This document shows, piece after piece, positions 39,731 through 49,779 of a stretch of DNA of 64,000 bases. The notes below the pieces were generated by a model, which saw only the letters and a program-made list of their open reading frames with translations, ran no database searches and was not told where the DNA came from. The stretch is from Clostridiaceae bacterium. GTDB taxonomy: Bacteria; Bacillota; Clostridia; Saccharofermentanales; DTU023. The stretch's first letter is position 1; every line of letters starts with the position of its first letter. A program made the position numbers and the translations under genes. The stretch is taken from NCBI GenBank assembly GCA_012799825.1, contig JAAZKK010000080.1, positions 1,004-65,003 of the forward strand, read 5' to 3'.

Positions 39731-39772
39731 AAAAAAAGAACGGATGACGGTTGAGTGTTGCGGTCACCCGTT
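39731..39772 (-). terminator. Intrinsic terminator of dtd (may also act on ispE)
   Basis: A 12-position stem with 2 mismatches spans 39739-39772. TTCTTTTTTT follows on the minus strand. Confidence 0.65.
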
Positions 39773-39823
39773 TGGCAGTTTCCTGTGTTGCATAGAAGAT
39801 CGAGATATGGAATTTATTAGCGC

Positions 39824-40270
39824 TTAGAAATCGTCGGTGTCAAGCCAGATGGTAAAGGGGCCGCTGTTTGTCAGCGTGACGTCCATAGAAGCGCCGAATT
39901 CTCCCGTTTGAACATCGTCGATATCTTTTTTCGCGAGACTTATAAAAAGTTCGTAGAGGCGGTTACCTGTTTCGGGGTCTGCCGCTTCGATGAAACTTGG
40001 ACGGTTGCCTTTACGGCAGTTTGCGAAGAGTGTGAATTGCGAGACGATAAGCACGCTTCCTCCGACAGCGGCGAGGTCAAGATTCGTCTTGCCGTCTGCA
40101 TCCGGAAAAATGCGCAATTTTCTTACTTTATTCCAGAGTTTGGCACATGTTGTCTCGTCGTCGTTTGAACCTGCCCCGAGAAGAATCATGAGACCTGTTC
40201 CGATCCGGGATATTTTCTGACCGTCTATAGCGACGGAAGCTGAACTGACACGTTGGATAAGAGCACGCAT
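39824..40270 (-). CDS. dtd: D-aminoacyl-tRNA deacylase
   Basis: Contains MRALIQRV..ASV, SQFTL and NGPFT. Confidence 0.92.
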   Translation of the reverse strand: MRALIQRVSSASVAIDGQKISRIGTGLMILLGAGSNDDETTCAKLWNKVRKLRIFPDADGKTNLDLAAVGGSVLIVSQFTLFANCRKGNRPSFIEAADPETGNRLYELFISLAKKDIDDVQTGEFGASMDVTLTNSGPFTIWLDTDDF

Positions 40271-40429
40271 GAAATAGAATAACCTCCCTCATTTTTTATA
40301 TGTTATCACCTTATCATAAATGAAATAGTGGATAGAAGTGTGTTACTATAAACATAACAAAAAGAAGCAAAATTTGTTCGGTTCTTCCTACGGTTTCCGG
40401 ACATAAAAAACAGAATAGGAGCTAACAGG

Positions 40430-41491
40430 ATGAAAAAATGCTTATACTGTCAAACCGAAATAGGCGATGACGCTCAATTTTGCGGATCGTGCGGCCGCAA
40501 ACAAGAACCGGCAGAGACTCCGGCAGTCGAAGAACCGTTTGTAGAGGCTGTTCTGCCACAAGATACACCCGGCGCAAGAGTGGCGCCTGAAGCAAGTCAG
40601 GTAGGCGTTTCATACGAGCACGGACCGTTCGTTCCTCCAGCTCCAGTGTCTACGTCTCCTTCTTCACCGTCTACCAAACCGATGACGATGCCTTCGTATC
40701 AGCAAAGCGCAGGAGCGCCGCAAACGATGCCGAACGCTCCGTACACGCCTCCAAGCTATACGCAAAGCCCCGCGACGGGTTATTCGCAGGCACCGCCTGC
40801 AGGAATGCCCGGCGCGCCCTACCAGCCACCGCAATCGCATGGCGCTCCGCCGATACCCGGCGGGCAGATGCCGCCACCGCCGCATGGTGCCTACCCGCCG
40901 CCGAATCCGCCATCAGCATTGGCGTTGGACAGCAATCGTTACTTCACTTGGTTGAAGAATGGTATCTTCGGAACGCTAGAACCGATGCATCTTCTGCTTG
41001 CGTCCATCGCGCCTTTCCTTGTGGCATTATTCTTTACACTTGGAAGAGCGGGTTGGATGTTCTGGCATGCCGGCGGATTTTTCCTGACGTGGTTCTTTAA
41101 TATGATTATGATTGCCGGTCTTCCGGTTATCGCGTGGCTCTTAAAAAATCATTTGTTGAAGCAGACTGCCGATTTGAAGGCGGTGTGCTCCGAGTATGCG
41201 TCTTACCATACGATTCCCGCGATGATTATGCTCGTTGTCATGTTGCTCGGGCTCGCTGCAGGCGGGACCACGTTGGTGTCGAGCCTGTTCTCCTATGTGC
41301 GTCTGCTGTCTCTTGGTGCCGCGCTGATGTGCCTTTTTGCTCCGCGCGATCAGGACACAATTAAGCGGATGTGGAAGATCATGATGATTATACTCGCGGT
41401 GTTCATTGTCCTCGTATATCTGGCAGATCTGTTCCTGACCCTTGGTGTTAGCTGGTCCTCCTATAAGAGGTTCTTTGATAATCTGTGGTAA
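40430..41491 (+). CDS. Zinc-ribbon protein with a proline-rich linker and a multi-pass membrane domain
   Basis: The N-terminus has CLYCQ..CGSCG. A ~130-aa P/Q/A-rich segment follows, then about 5 predicted TM helices. Confidence 0.7.
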   Translation: MKKCLYCQTEIGDDAQFCGSCGRKQEPAETPAVEEPFVEAVLPQDTPGARVAPEASQVGVSYEHGPFVPPAPVSTSPSSPSTKPMTMPSYQQSAGAPQTMPNAPYTPPSYTQSPATGYSQAPPAGMPGAPYQPPQSHGAPPIPGGQMPPPPHGAYPPPNPPSALALDSNRYFTWLKNGIFGTLEPMHLLLASIAPFLVALFFTLGRAGWMFWHAGGFFLTWFFNMIMIAGLPVIAWLLKNHLLKQTADLKAVCSEYASYHTIPAMIMLVVMLLGLAAGGTTLVSSLFSYVRLLSLGAALMCLFAPRDQDTIKRMWKIMMIILAVFIVLVYLADLFLTLGVSWSSYKRFFDNLW

Positions 41492-41563
41492 AATGCTTTT
41501 CCGGCAGGCCGTTTTATAAAAAGATTTCGGCGATGTCGCTGGCATGAATTGCATGGTAAACTA

Positions 41564-41599
41564 GCAGTGCCGTATTCTTTTTGAAGAATACGGCACTGC
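41564..41599 (+). terminator. Perfect 16-bp hairpin downstream of the zinc-ribbon gene
   Basis: GCAGTGCCGTATTCTT-tttg-AAGAATACGGCACTGC. No U-tract follows on the + strand. Confidence 0.5.
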
Positions 41600-41827
41600 C
41601 GCTTCATCACCGCCGAGATAACGGCGGATTTAGCGCGTAAAAAGGTCGAGTTGCATTTGACAAATGCTGTGAAGGATAATGTTGAGATATCAGGAAGCGA
41701 CATCGATCGGAAGACATCGATTTTTAGGATATTGAAGTGACAGCAAAGAGGATTTTGGAAGGATAGTAAGCAACATCAACCACAAGACGTGCTCTTAACA
41801 GTTTGATAAGAGAGGGATAGATCGATC

Positions 41828-43033
41828 ATGAATACATCGAGAAGAGAAAAGGAGCAAGCGCCAAGGCGTACCCCGTCGCAACGCGCGAATCACTCTCGCA
41901 AGCGTCCACTCGGTGCTAAGAATACAAAGCACCACGTGCCGAGCGTTTTATGGGCGGTTTTAGGTATTATTCTCGGTCTTTTACTATCTGCCGTTTCAGG
42001 CGTTTATATTATATACGCAGATATGATGTCGCGTGTAACACAGTTTGATCCCATCGATGACGCGATGCTATCGGCGCCCAATTTATTGCTTACGCAATTT
42101 CCTGAAGTATTGATGGCGGATAATATTCCCGGAGACATCAACATCATCGATGACCCTATCGATGACCCTGAAGCGACTATTGATCCGAGCATCTTAGAAA
42201 CGGATGCAGAACCGACTTTGCCTGAACAAGATCCGGTACCGAGTGAATGGCAGAATATTCCCACAGGTCAAGGTGAAGTGAAAGTTCGACCGATGAACAA
42301 TGTGGAGAATATCCTGTTGTTCGGCGTTGACACGCGTGGACAAGGTTATCGCGGACGTTCTGATACGATCATCATCGCGTCAATCAACCATAATACGCGC
42401 ACCATCACTTTTGTCTCGCTCTTCCGCGGTATTGAAGTAAAAATCCCCGGTTATTCCGAACCGACACTCCTCAACGCCGCGTATGCTTACGGCGGCCCGC
42501 GACTCGCCATGCAGACCGTTGAAGCAAATTTCGGTATTCCCATTAAGGGATTTTTGACATTTAACTTTTCTTCGCTGCAAAATCTGGTCAACGCAGTCAA
42601 TGGCGTGAAAATTACGATGACTGCCGCTGAGGCACGTGCTCTCGGTGCATCGCCGGGCCTCAACTTGGTTACAGGCTGGGGCGCTTTGCAGTACGCTAGA
42701 CTTCGTAAAATCGACACGGACTTTCACCGAAATCAACGTCAGCGCACTGTGATTGACGCGATCTTGAACCGAGTGGCCGAAGGGGGCGCAACGACACTTT
42801 ATAATGCGGCGACAGTCGTGCTATCCAATTCTCTGACTAATCTTAACCTTAATTCATACGTGATGAACGCGCAGACGCTCCTCAGTTATTCACGAAGGCA
42901 AACGCAAGTGCCGATTTGGTACGGCGCCGGCAAGGAGACCTTCAGAAAATACAATCGGTACGGTCAGGAGGTCTGGCCTCTAAATGATAAACAGAAAACA
43001 GCCGATCGGATCTACAATTATCTGATGAATTGA
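41828..43033 (+). CDS. LytR-CpsA-Psr (LCP) family cell-wall glycopolymer transferase
   Basis: An N-terminal TM anchor precedes the LCP core ..NILLFGVDTRG..RSDTIIIASIN... Confidence 0.88.
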   Translation: MNTSRREKEQAPRRTPSQRANHSRKRPLGAKNTKHHVPSVLWAVLGIILGLLLSAVSGVYIIYADMMSRVTQFDPIDDAMLSAPNLLLTQFPEVLMADNIPGDINIIDDPIDDPEATIDPSILETDAEPTLPEQDPVPSEWQNIPTGQGEVKVRPMNNVENILLFGVDTRGQGYRGRSDTIIIASINHNTRTITFVSLFRGIEVKIPGYSEPTLLNAAYAYGGPRLAMQTVEANFGIPIKGFLTFNFSSLQNLVNAVNGVKITMTAAEARALGASPGLNLVTGWGALQYARLRKIDTDFHRNQRQRTVIDAILNRVAEGGATTLYNAATVVLSNSLTNLNLNSYVMNAQTLLSYSRRQTQVPIWYGAGKETFRKYNRYGQEVWPLNDKQKTADRIYNYLMN

Positions 43034-43087
43034 AGTAAGACTGCGGTTTGCGGGTGAGGCGGTGCTTAGGGAGGGGAATCGGCGACG

Positions 43088-43960
43088 ATGAAGAGCGCAA
43101 GCCTAGATAGATGTTGGCAGGTAATACGGAGCTTTTTTTATGATGCGTTCGGCTCGTTCATGTTTGCCATCGGTGTGTACAATTTCGCGGCACAAGCCGA
43201 TTTTGCGCCGGGAGGCGTGACCGGTATCGCGATCATCTTGAATAAATACACCGAACTCCCTATCGGTTTGTTATCATTTGCCATCAATATTCCGCTCATT
43301 TTGATCGCGCTCAGGTTTCTGGGAAAGCGCTATCTATTCCGTACCTTTGTGACGGTGCTTATTAATACGCTTTTTCTTGACATCATAAGCCCGATGTTTC
43401 CCGTTTATCAGGGCAACCCGCTGCTTGCATCGCTTTTTGCGGGCATCTTGTCCGGTTTCGGCCTAGTGCTCATCTATCAGAACAAGAGCTGCACAGGCGG
43501 CTCGGATCTTGTTGTCATGACGATGCGCAAGATTAAGCCGCATATGTCGGTTGGCCAGATCACGATGGTGGTAGACGGTATCATTGTAATCGCTGGCGGC
43601 TTCGTTTTCCACGAGATCGACGCCGTTCTGTATGGCATTATTTACAGCATTGCCCAGGTTCTCGTCATCGATAAAGTCATGTTCGGGTTCGTCTCCGGGA
43701 AAATCGCCCTGATTGTAACGGAAAAGAATGAGGAAGTCATTAAGGCCATCGGTACGGAACTCGGGCGAGGGTCGACCCTGCTTATGGGAAAGGGCGGCTA
43801 TTCAAAAGAGCCGCGTCCTGTGATACTCTGTGCGTGCAGTCGTTCTCAAATTCCCGTCATGCGCCGTATCGTGCGTCGCATCGATCCCGATACGCTCATG
43901 ATGGTGCTATCATACGATGAAGTTTATGGCGAGGGATTCCTCCCTATTGAAGGGGGTTGA
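43088..43960 (+). CDS. YitT-family membrane protein (with a DUF2179 C-terminal domain)
   Basis: ..FAIGVYNFAAQADFAPGGVTGIAII.. plus the soluble C-terminal domain ..VTEKNEEVIKAI..GRGSTLL.G.G.Y... Confidence 0.85.
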   Translation: MKSASLDRCWQVIRSFFYDAFGSFMFAIGVYNFAAQADFAPGGVTGIAIILNKYTELPIGLLSFAINIPLILIALRFLGKRYLFRTFVTVLINTLFLDIISPMFPVYQGNPLLASLFAGILSGFGLVLIYQNKSCTGGSDLVVMTMRKIKPHMSVGQITMVVDGIIVIAGGFVFHEIDAVLYGIIYSIAQVLVIDKVMFGFVSGKIALIVTEKNEEVIKAIGTELGRGSTLLMGKGGYSKEPRPVILCACSRSQIPVMRRIVRRIDPDTLMMVLSYDEVYGEGFLPIEGG

Positions 43961-43966
43961 TGTTAT

Positions 43967-44695
43967 ATGACGGGACGCTTTTACGAAAGGTACATGTTTG
44001 TGTGTGGCAGCATCACAACAACTGAAAATTCGGCGAAGCTGGATGCAAAACAGACCGGTCTAGGGCGCCTGCGGTGCCGTAGCAAGCTTTTGGCCGTGTG
44101 CCTTTCCGTCACGCTTGTGTTCGCTCTTGTTGCCTGTCGTCCTAATAGAGATCCAAAGGTCACAGTTGACCCGGCGCCTGATGTCAAAGAGACGCGAGGA
44201 GATGAGATATATGCGCCGGATTTCACTTTGCAGGATCAGAATGGTGTGCAGCATACTCTTTCAGGGTATAGGGGAAAACTCGTTTTTCTGACGTTCTGGG
44301 CGACGTGGTGTTCGCCGTGCTTAGAGGAATTTCCGGACATCAACCAACTTTACTTAGATCACGAAGAAAATACAGCCGATATCGCCGTGTTGAGTGTGAT
44401 CTATCCGGCTAAAGCGGGCGATACGGCACCTGCTGGACAAGAGGAAAAGACGATCGAAGAGATTCGCGCGTTTCTCTCGGAGAACGGCTATCGTCTTCCT
44501 ACGCTGATGGATACTAACGGAAGGGTGTTTGTCGCTTACAAGATCGACAGTCTTCCGACGACCTATCTTATTGATCAGACCGGGGAAGTTATAGGCTATG
44601 TGCCCGCAGCACTCTCGCGAGAACTGATGGACGCGTTAATTGAGCGCGCACTGAATCCTGAATCCGCTGTGCAGGAAACGGATACGTCTTCCTGA
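43967..44695 (+). CDS. TlpA/ResA-like thiol-disulfide oxidoreductase lipoprotein
   Basis: Lipobox (ALVAC) and the thioredoxin motif FWATWCSPC. Confidence 0.8.
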   Translation: MTGRFYERYMFVCGSITTTENSAKLDAKQTGLGRLRCRSKLLAVCLSVTLVFALVACRPNRDPKVTVDPAPDVKETRGDEIYAPDFTLQDQNGVQHTLSGYRGKLVFLTFWATWCSPCLEEFPDINQLYLDHEENTADIAVLSVIYPAKAGDTAPAGQEEKTIEEIRAFLSENGYRLPTLMDTNGRVFVAYKIDSLPTTYLIDQTGEVIGYVPAALSRELMDALIERALNPESAVQETDTSS

Positions 44696-44722
44696 CAATA
44701 TAACTTAGAAAGAGGAGAGATC

Positions 44723-46015
44723 ATGCTTGATCTAGTTTACATTCGAAACAATCCTGAAGAAGTGAGCGCCAAACTTGCGCGTCGAGGCTTTGATATTGAC
44801 TTTACATCTTTTCTTGAGGAAGATGCCAAACGGCGAGCCTTGCTCCATGAGACGGAAGAAATGAGGGCGGAGCGCAATCGCAAATCGGCCGACATTCCGG
44901 TTATAAGAAAGAATAAAGGCGACGTCCAAACGGCGCTCGCTGAACTGAAAGAGCTGAGCGATCAGATCAAAAACAACGATATCGAGATCAATCGCATGGA
45001 CGCTGAACAGCAGGACTTTCTCGCTGCCATCCCGAACATACCTGATGACGATATTCCTTCGGGAGGAAAAGAGAACAATGAAGTCGTTTCTGTCTGGGGT
45101 GAACCGCAGATGCTCCGCGCCGGCATGAAAGATCATGTCGAGATCTTAGAGTCGTGCGGCATGATCGATTACGCGCGTGGCGTCAAGCTTTCAGGAAGCG
45201 GTTTCTGGCTCTATACGTATGAAGGCGCGATGCTTGAATGGGCGCTTCTTAATTTCTTCATCCAAGAGCATTTGCGCGACGGATATCAAATGATTCTCCC
45301 GCCGCATATTCTGAATTATTATTGTGGCTACAACAGCGGCCAATTTCCGAAGTTTGAGGACGATGTCTTTCAATTGCGCGGCGATTCCGATGCGTTCCAG
45401 TTCCTGTTGCCGACGTCGGAGACGGCACTTGTCAGCGTGCACGCAGATGAAATTCTAAGTGAAGCGGAACTTCCGAAAAAGTATTTCGCGTATACGCCCT
45501 GTTACCGAAAAGAAGCAGGATCCTATCGTGCCGAAGAACGCGGCATGATCCGCGGTCACCAGTTTAATAAAGTCGAGATGTTTCAGTTCACGCGCGCAGA
45601 GGACGCGTCGGCCGCTTTTGAAGAGATGGTCGGCAAGGCGGCGAAACTCGTTCAGAAGCTCGGTCTGTCATACAGAGTATCGCGCCTTGCAGCCGGTGAC
45701 TGTTCGGCATCGATGCAGAAAACATACGATGTCGAAGTATGGATTCCCAGCATGCAGATTTATAAGGAAGTTAGCTCTGTCTCTACCGCGAGCGATTACC
45801 AAGCGCGCCGCGGCAATGTTCGTTTCCGCCGCGAATCGACGGGAAAGACAGAATTCCTGCATACGCTGAACGGATCAGGACTGGCAACATCGCGTATCAT
45901 GCCCGCTATCGCGGAACAGTGTCAGCAAGATGACGGTTCGATCCGAGTGCCTGAGGTTTTGGCACCGTGGATGAACGGCATTGAGATGATTTACCCAAAA
46001 ACAGGAGATCGCTAA
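44723..46015 (+). CDS. serS: Serine--tRNA ligase
   Basis: An N-terminal coiled-coil arm precedes class II motifs (..FRKEAGS..GMIRGHQFNKVE.. and GSGLATSR). Confidence 0.95.
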   Translation: MLDLVYIRNNPEEVSAKLARRGFDIDFTSFLEEDAKRRALLHETEEMRAERNRKSADIPVIRKNKGDVQTALAELKELSDQIKNNDIEINRMDAEQQDFLAAIPNIPDDDIPSGGKENNEVVSVWGEPQMLRAGMKDHVEILESCGMIDYARGVKLSGSGFWLYTYEGAMLEWALLNFFIQEHLRDGYQMILPPHILNYYCGYNSGQFPKFEDDVFQLRGDSDAFQFLLPTSETALVSVHADEILSEAELPKKYFAYTPCYRKEAGSYRAEERGMIRGHQFNKVEMFQFTRAEDASAAFEEMVGKAAKLVQKLGLSYRVSRLAAGDCSASMQKTYDVEVWIPSMQIYKEVSSVSTASDYQARRGNVRFRRESTGKTEFLHTLNGSGLATSRIMPAIAEQCQQDDGSIRVPEVLAPWMNGIEMIYPKTGDR

Positions 46016-46675
46016 ATGCCGGATGACCGGTTGACGACCGTTCGCGAAACCGGCATTTGGGAGCAGACACTCAGGCGGTCGCGCTTCATCGGAATCTGCC
46101 GGCCGATTGTGTCTGAAGACGACGCAAGGTGCATGCTGGAGGATGTAAAAAACGATTATCCCGGCGCCAGACACTACGTGTACGCTTGGCGAACGAATTA
46201 TCCGGTCAAACTGCAGCGCCACTCAGATGACGGCGAGCCTACCGGTACGGGGGGCTTGCCGGTTTTGAGCGCTTTACTTTCTGAAAAAATAGACCGCGGC
46301 GGCGTTGTGGTCGTTCGCTATTTCGGAGGCATTCTGCTCGGAGCGAGCGGCCTTACTCGCGCTTACGGATCGACGGCGCTTGAGGCCGTGCGCGCTGCTC
46401 AACCGGTGCAATATGTCTTATGTCCGATGTTCCGCGTAGAAGCGGACTACGCGACTTATAACCGGCTTACAGGTCAGCTTGAACGCCTCGGATATGAGCA
46501 GCGCGATCCCGATTTCGGCGCGACGGTCAGCTGGCTTGTCGGCGCATCGGATCGCGATGTCGACCAGCTTCATCAGCGCATTATGGATTTATCGTCCGGT
46601 GCCGCGACCATGTCGCCTGCAGGAAGCATCTGGCTGGAGGACAAGATTATTGCGGGCAATTCCGAACCTGTTTAG
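46016..46675 (+). CDS. yigZ: YigZ/IMPACT-family protein
   Basis: Contains ..SRFIG..ARHYVYAWR..DDGEPTGTGGLPVL... The start abuts the serS stop. Confidence 0.85.
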   Translation: MPDDRLTTVRETGIWEQTLRRSRFIGICRPIVSEDDARCMLEDVKNDYPGARHYVYAWRTNYPVKLQRHSDDGEPTGTGGLPVLSALLSEKIDRGGVVVVRYFGGILLGASGLTRAYGSTALEAVRAAQPVQYVLCPMFRVEADYATYNRLTGQLERLGYEQRDPDFGATVSWLVGASDRDVDQLHQRIMDLSSGAATMSPAGSIWLEDKIIAGNSEPV

Positions 46676-47069
46676 GCGCAAGAAGTGATTGCGATCTTGT
46701 CAGTATGACAACTCGTTAGAAAATCAATGTTATGATCTTGATGATATGCAGATGACAGTGACCGGAGAGATCCTGTCATTTTGGAATATTTTCGTCATAG
46801 GATCGGCGATTGGCTTTATTACAGTACAGTTTACTTTTTCTACCGGTTAATCACTATCATTTAAGAAAACATACTGAAGATCGTTATATAATAAACAAAA
46901 GAATATCTGAAATCGTTATGCGCGCGGCGAACTGTTGTTGTGGCGGCTGAAAACATCTAGTCCGGACGCGAAACCGCCATGCGCGTAGCGAACAGTTTTT
47001 GTTTAATCAAAAATATGTCAAAATTTATAAAGATCGCCGTGTAGCAGGTGAGAAGCTAGGGGGCAAAGT

Positions 47070-47807
47070 ATGGCAGGACATTCGAAGTGGAGCAATATTA
47101 AACGCAGAAAAGGCGCGGCCGATGACAAGCGTGGGAAGATTTTCTCGAAACTTGGTCGCGAACTGCAAATGGCAGTAAAAGCGGGCGGTCCTGACCCCAA
47201 CAACAACTCGACGTTGCGCGACGCGATTGAGCGCGCAAAATCGTTTAATATGCCAAATGACAGCATCAACCGATCTATTGAGCGCGCGGCGGGCACCGGC
47301 AATGATGAGCATTTTGAGGAAGTGTACTACGAGGGGTACGGTCCGGGCGGTGTTGCTGTGATGGTGCGCGCTTTGACCGATAACCGACACCGCACTGCCG
47401 GAGACGTACGTCATCTTTTCGACCGATATGGAGGAAACCTCGGAACAGACGGTTGCGTTGCCTTTCAATTTGACTTGAAAGGACTCCTCATTCTGGAGCG
47501 TGACGAGGATACCGATGACGATCGAGTCTTCATGGACGCTGTCGATGCCGGCGCGGAAGATGTCGTCGTGATTGACGGCGAGGCGATCGAAATCACCACG
47601 TCGCCTGAATCGTATCACGATGTCTTCAATGCGCTTAAAAAGAATCAATATGTCTTTGCGGAGCATGGGATTGAACGCGTACCGATTTCATGGATCAGTT
47701 TGGTAGAGGAGAGCGATCAGACCAACATGACCAAGCTCATCGATGCCCTTGAAGAGAATGACGACGTACAGGACGTTTACCATAATTGGGAACAGGATGG
47801 CGCGTAG
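47070..47807 (+). CDS. yebC: YebC/PmpR-family DNA-binding regulator
   Basis: Starts MAGHSKWSNIKRRKGAADDKRGKIFSKL.., the canonical YebC N-terminus. Confidence 0.92.
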   Translation: MAGHSKWSNIKRRKGAADDKRGKIFSKLGRELQMAVKAGGPDPNNNSTLRDAIERAKSFNMPNDSINRSIERAAGTGNDEHFEEVYYEGYGPGGVAVMVRALTDNRHRTAGDVRHLFDRYGGNLGTDGCVAFQFDLKGLLILERDEDTDDDRVFMDAVDAGAEDVVVIDGEAIEITTSPESYHDVFNALKKNQYVFAEHGIERVPISWISLVEESDQTNMTKLIDALEENDDVQDVYHNWEQDGA

Positions 47808-47874
47808 AATTAATGCCGTCAGCACACGATGAGCTCAGGACGTCATATCATCATCGCTAAAGGAGAGATGAGCC

Positions 47875-48936
47875 GTGACAGGATGGTTGAAGCGACTTTT
47901 TAACGCACTTCGTAAAAAGCCGGCGTCTTCCGTTCCGCGTGAGGAAAAAGCTCCTTCTCCTCATGAATCTCCGGAACCATTTTTCAATCCGTTTGGGCGA
48001 TTTGCTGACGCGGTCATCACACAGATGAATGAGCGCGCGACGGCCTACGAGGAGAAAACTCAAAATGAAATCCGGGAGCTGTTGTCGCGCATTGCCGTTA
48101 TTTCTTTTGTTGGAGTGAGTGGTAGCGGAAAATCGACGCGAGCGATTCAAGTTGCGCGAGCGTACCGCATCGAATACATCATTGACGACGGCTTGCTCAT
48201 CCGAGGAAGTTCCATTATTGCCGGAACGTCGGCGAAGCGTGCCGAAACGAAGATGGACTCTGTGCGCCAAGCGATGTTTTTAGATCCGGTGCGCGCCGAG
48301 AATATGCGCCGTGCGCTGGTGGAACATCTGCCGAGCGCTTTAATGATTCTCGGCACGTCGGATGCCATGTTGCTTCGGATCTGTCAGAATCTTTGGCTTA
48401 CGCCGCCTTCAATTAAAATTCGCATCGAAGATGTGACCACAGAAGAGGAACGCAACCTTGCTCGCAATACTCGCATGAGCGAAGGCATGCACACGATTCC
48501 TGTGCCCAGCATGGAGATAAAACATGAGTTCTCAGGCTATCTGGCCGAACCGCTTGCTAAGTGGTGGCAAAGACTCGGTTTCGGGAACGTGTTCGGTCCT
48601 ACCTCCGGTCAGACGCCCTACGGAGACGAGCATACGGTCGTGCGTCCGACGTTTTCGACGTTGGGTCACTACGCAATGACAGATCAGGCGATGAAAGATC
48701 TCATCCGACTTTTGGCGCTTCAAGTCGCAGGCATCAGCGATGTCGTAGAAGCAAAAATCAAGAAAGAACCCTACGGAGTCATTCTCGATATCGATCTTGC
48801 CGTTTATTATGGTGCCAGCGCGCGCACAGTCCTTGCGGAAACGCAGGCTGCCGTAAGTGAAGGCGTCGAACGTTTCACCTCGATCAATGTCTTGGTCGCG
48901 AATGTCCGTGCTGTCCGAGTTGCCATAGCCAATTAA
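47875..48936 (+). CDS. Hypothetical fusion protein: N-terminal P-loop region plus a C-terminal Asp23/Gls24-like domain
   Basis: Walker A GVSGSGKST sits at about aa 81-89. The C-terminal ~110 aa (..YAMTDQAMKDLIRLLALQVAGISDV..VILDIDLAVYYGASARTVLAETQAAVSEGVERFTS..) resemble alkaline-shock protein 23. The GTG start follows an AAGGAGAG RBS. Confidence 0.6.
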   Translation: MTGWLKRLFNALRKKPASSVPREEKAPSPHESPEPFFNPFGRFADAVITQMNERATAYEEKTQNEIRELLSRIAVISFVGVSGSGKSTRAIQVARAYRIEYIIDDGLLIRGSSIIAGTSAKRAETKMDSVRQAMFLDPVRAENMRRALVEHLPSALMILGTSDAMLLRICQNLWLTPPSIKIRIEDVTTEEERNLARNTRMSEGMHTIPVPSMEIKHEFSGYLAEPLAKWWQRLGFGNVFGPTSGQTPYGDEHTVVRPTFSTLGHYAMTDQAMKDLIRLLALQVAGISDVVEAKIKKEPYGVILDIDLAVYYGASARTVLAETQAAVSEGVERFTSINVLVANVRAVRVAIAN

Positions 48937-49016
48937 GCCGCTATTTGACGTTGCAAGTGAGAGCCATCTATGGCGATTTATATTTTTCGGGCGATGAAAA
49001 TCGAATCTTTATGATT

Positions 49017-49739
49017 TCACCATTTATCTCGTGTCGCGCGGCCGTCGCCACTGATCGGGCGAACAGGGCTCGTGTGCGTCGAAGGTGCGTTGGTATTTGT
49101 TTCGTAAAAAGCTTTCACCCGAGCACCCATTTCACGTAAGACATGTAAAAGCGTTCGAGCTGAGTAACGTTTGACGGTCGCGTAGCCTTCACACTCAAGC
49201 CCAAGTTTGCCTGCGATGTAAAGTGCACGTTGCAGGTGGTACTGTTGTGTCGTGACAACTGCCGTTTTGATTTGAAAAACATCGCGAGCGCGCAACATTG
49301 TGTCGTAGGTGTCAAGTCCGTAATGATCCATGAAAATCGCTTCGTCAGGAATACCGTTTTCGATGAGATACGCGCACATGACAGCCGGCTCGTTGTAATT
49401 ATCTACGCGATGATCGCCCGAAACCAAAATCCGATCAGATATACCCGCTTCATACAACGCGATGGCACAGTCCAAGCGGTCGCGCAGCAAAAGTGAGGGA
49501 CGCACGTTATCGATGACTTGTGCGCCGGGTACGATGATGCAATCCACCTGCCGAGAAAGTTTTTGGATCGGCAAAATAGAGCGATTGCTCCGAATCGAAA
49601 TGATGGCGTAGAGCAAAATCAGGCAGAAAGGAAATGCTAAAATCACGCCAAATAAGAAAAAGACGGCGCGTTTTAGTATATCCTTCCAGTTGCTCGATGA
49701 GCGATTTTTCAGATCTGTTTTTTCCTGCATACTGGTCAT
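49017..49739 (-). CDS. sanA: SanA/YdcF (DUF218) family membrane-anchored protein
   Basis: An N-terminal TM segment precedes the DUF218 core ..IIVPGAQV..PSLLLRDRLDCAIALYEAG..ILVSGD... Confidence 0.8.
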   Translation of the reverse strand: MTSMQEKTDLKNRSSSNWKDILKRAVFFLFGVILAFPFCLILLYAIISIRSNRSILPIQKLSRQVDCIIVPGAQVIDNVRPSLLLRDRLDCAIALYEAGISDRILVSGDHRVDNYNEPAVMCAYLIENGIPDEAIFMDHYGLDTYDTMLRARDVFQIKTAVVTTQQYHLQRALYIAGKLGLECEGYATVKRYSARTLLHVLREMGARVKAFYETNTNAPSTHTSPVRPISGDGRATRDKW

Positions 49740-49779
49740 GATAAAATAAAGCGAAATGAATGTCCATCAGGAGATAGTC

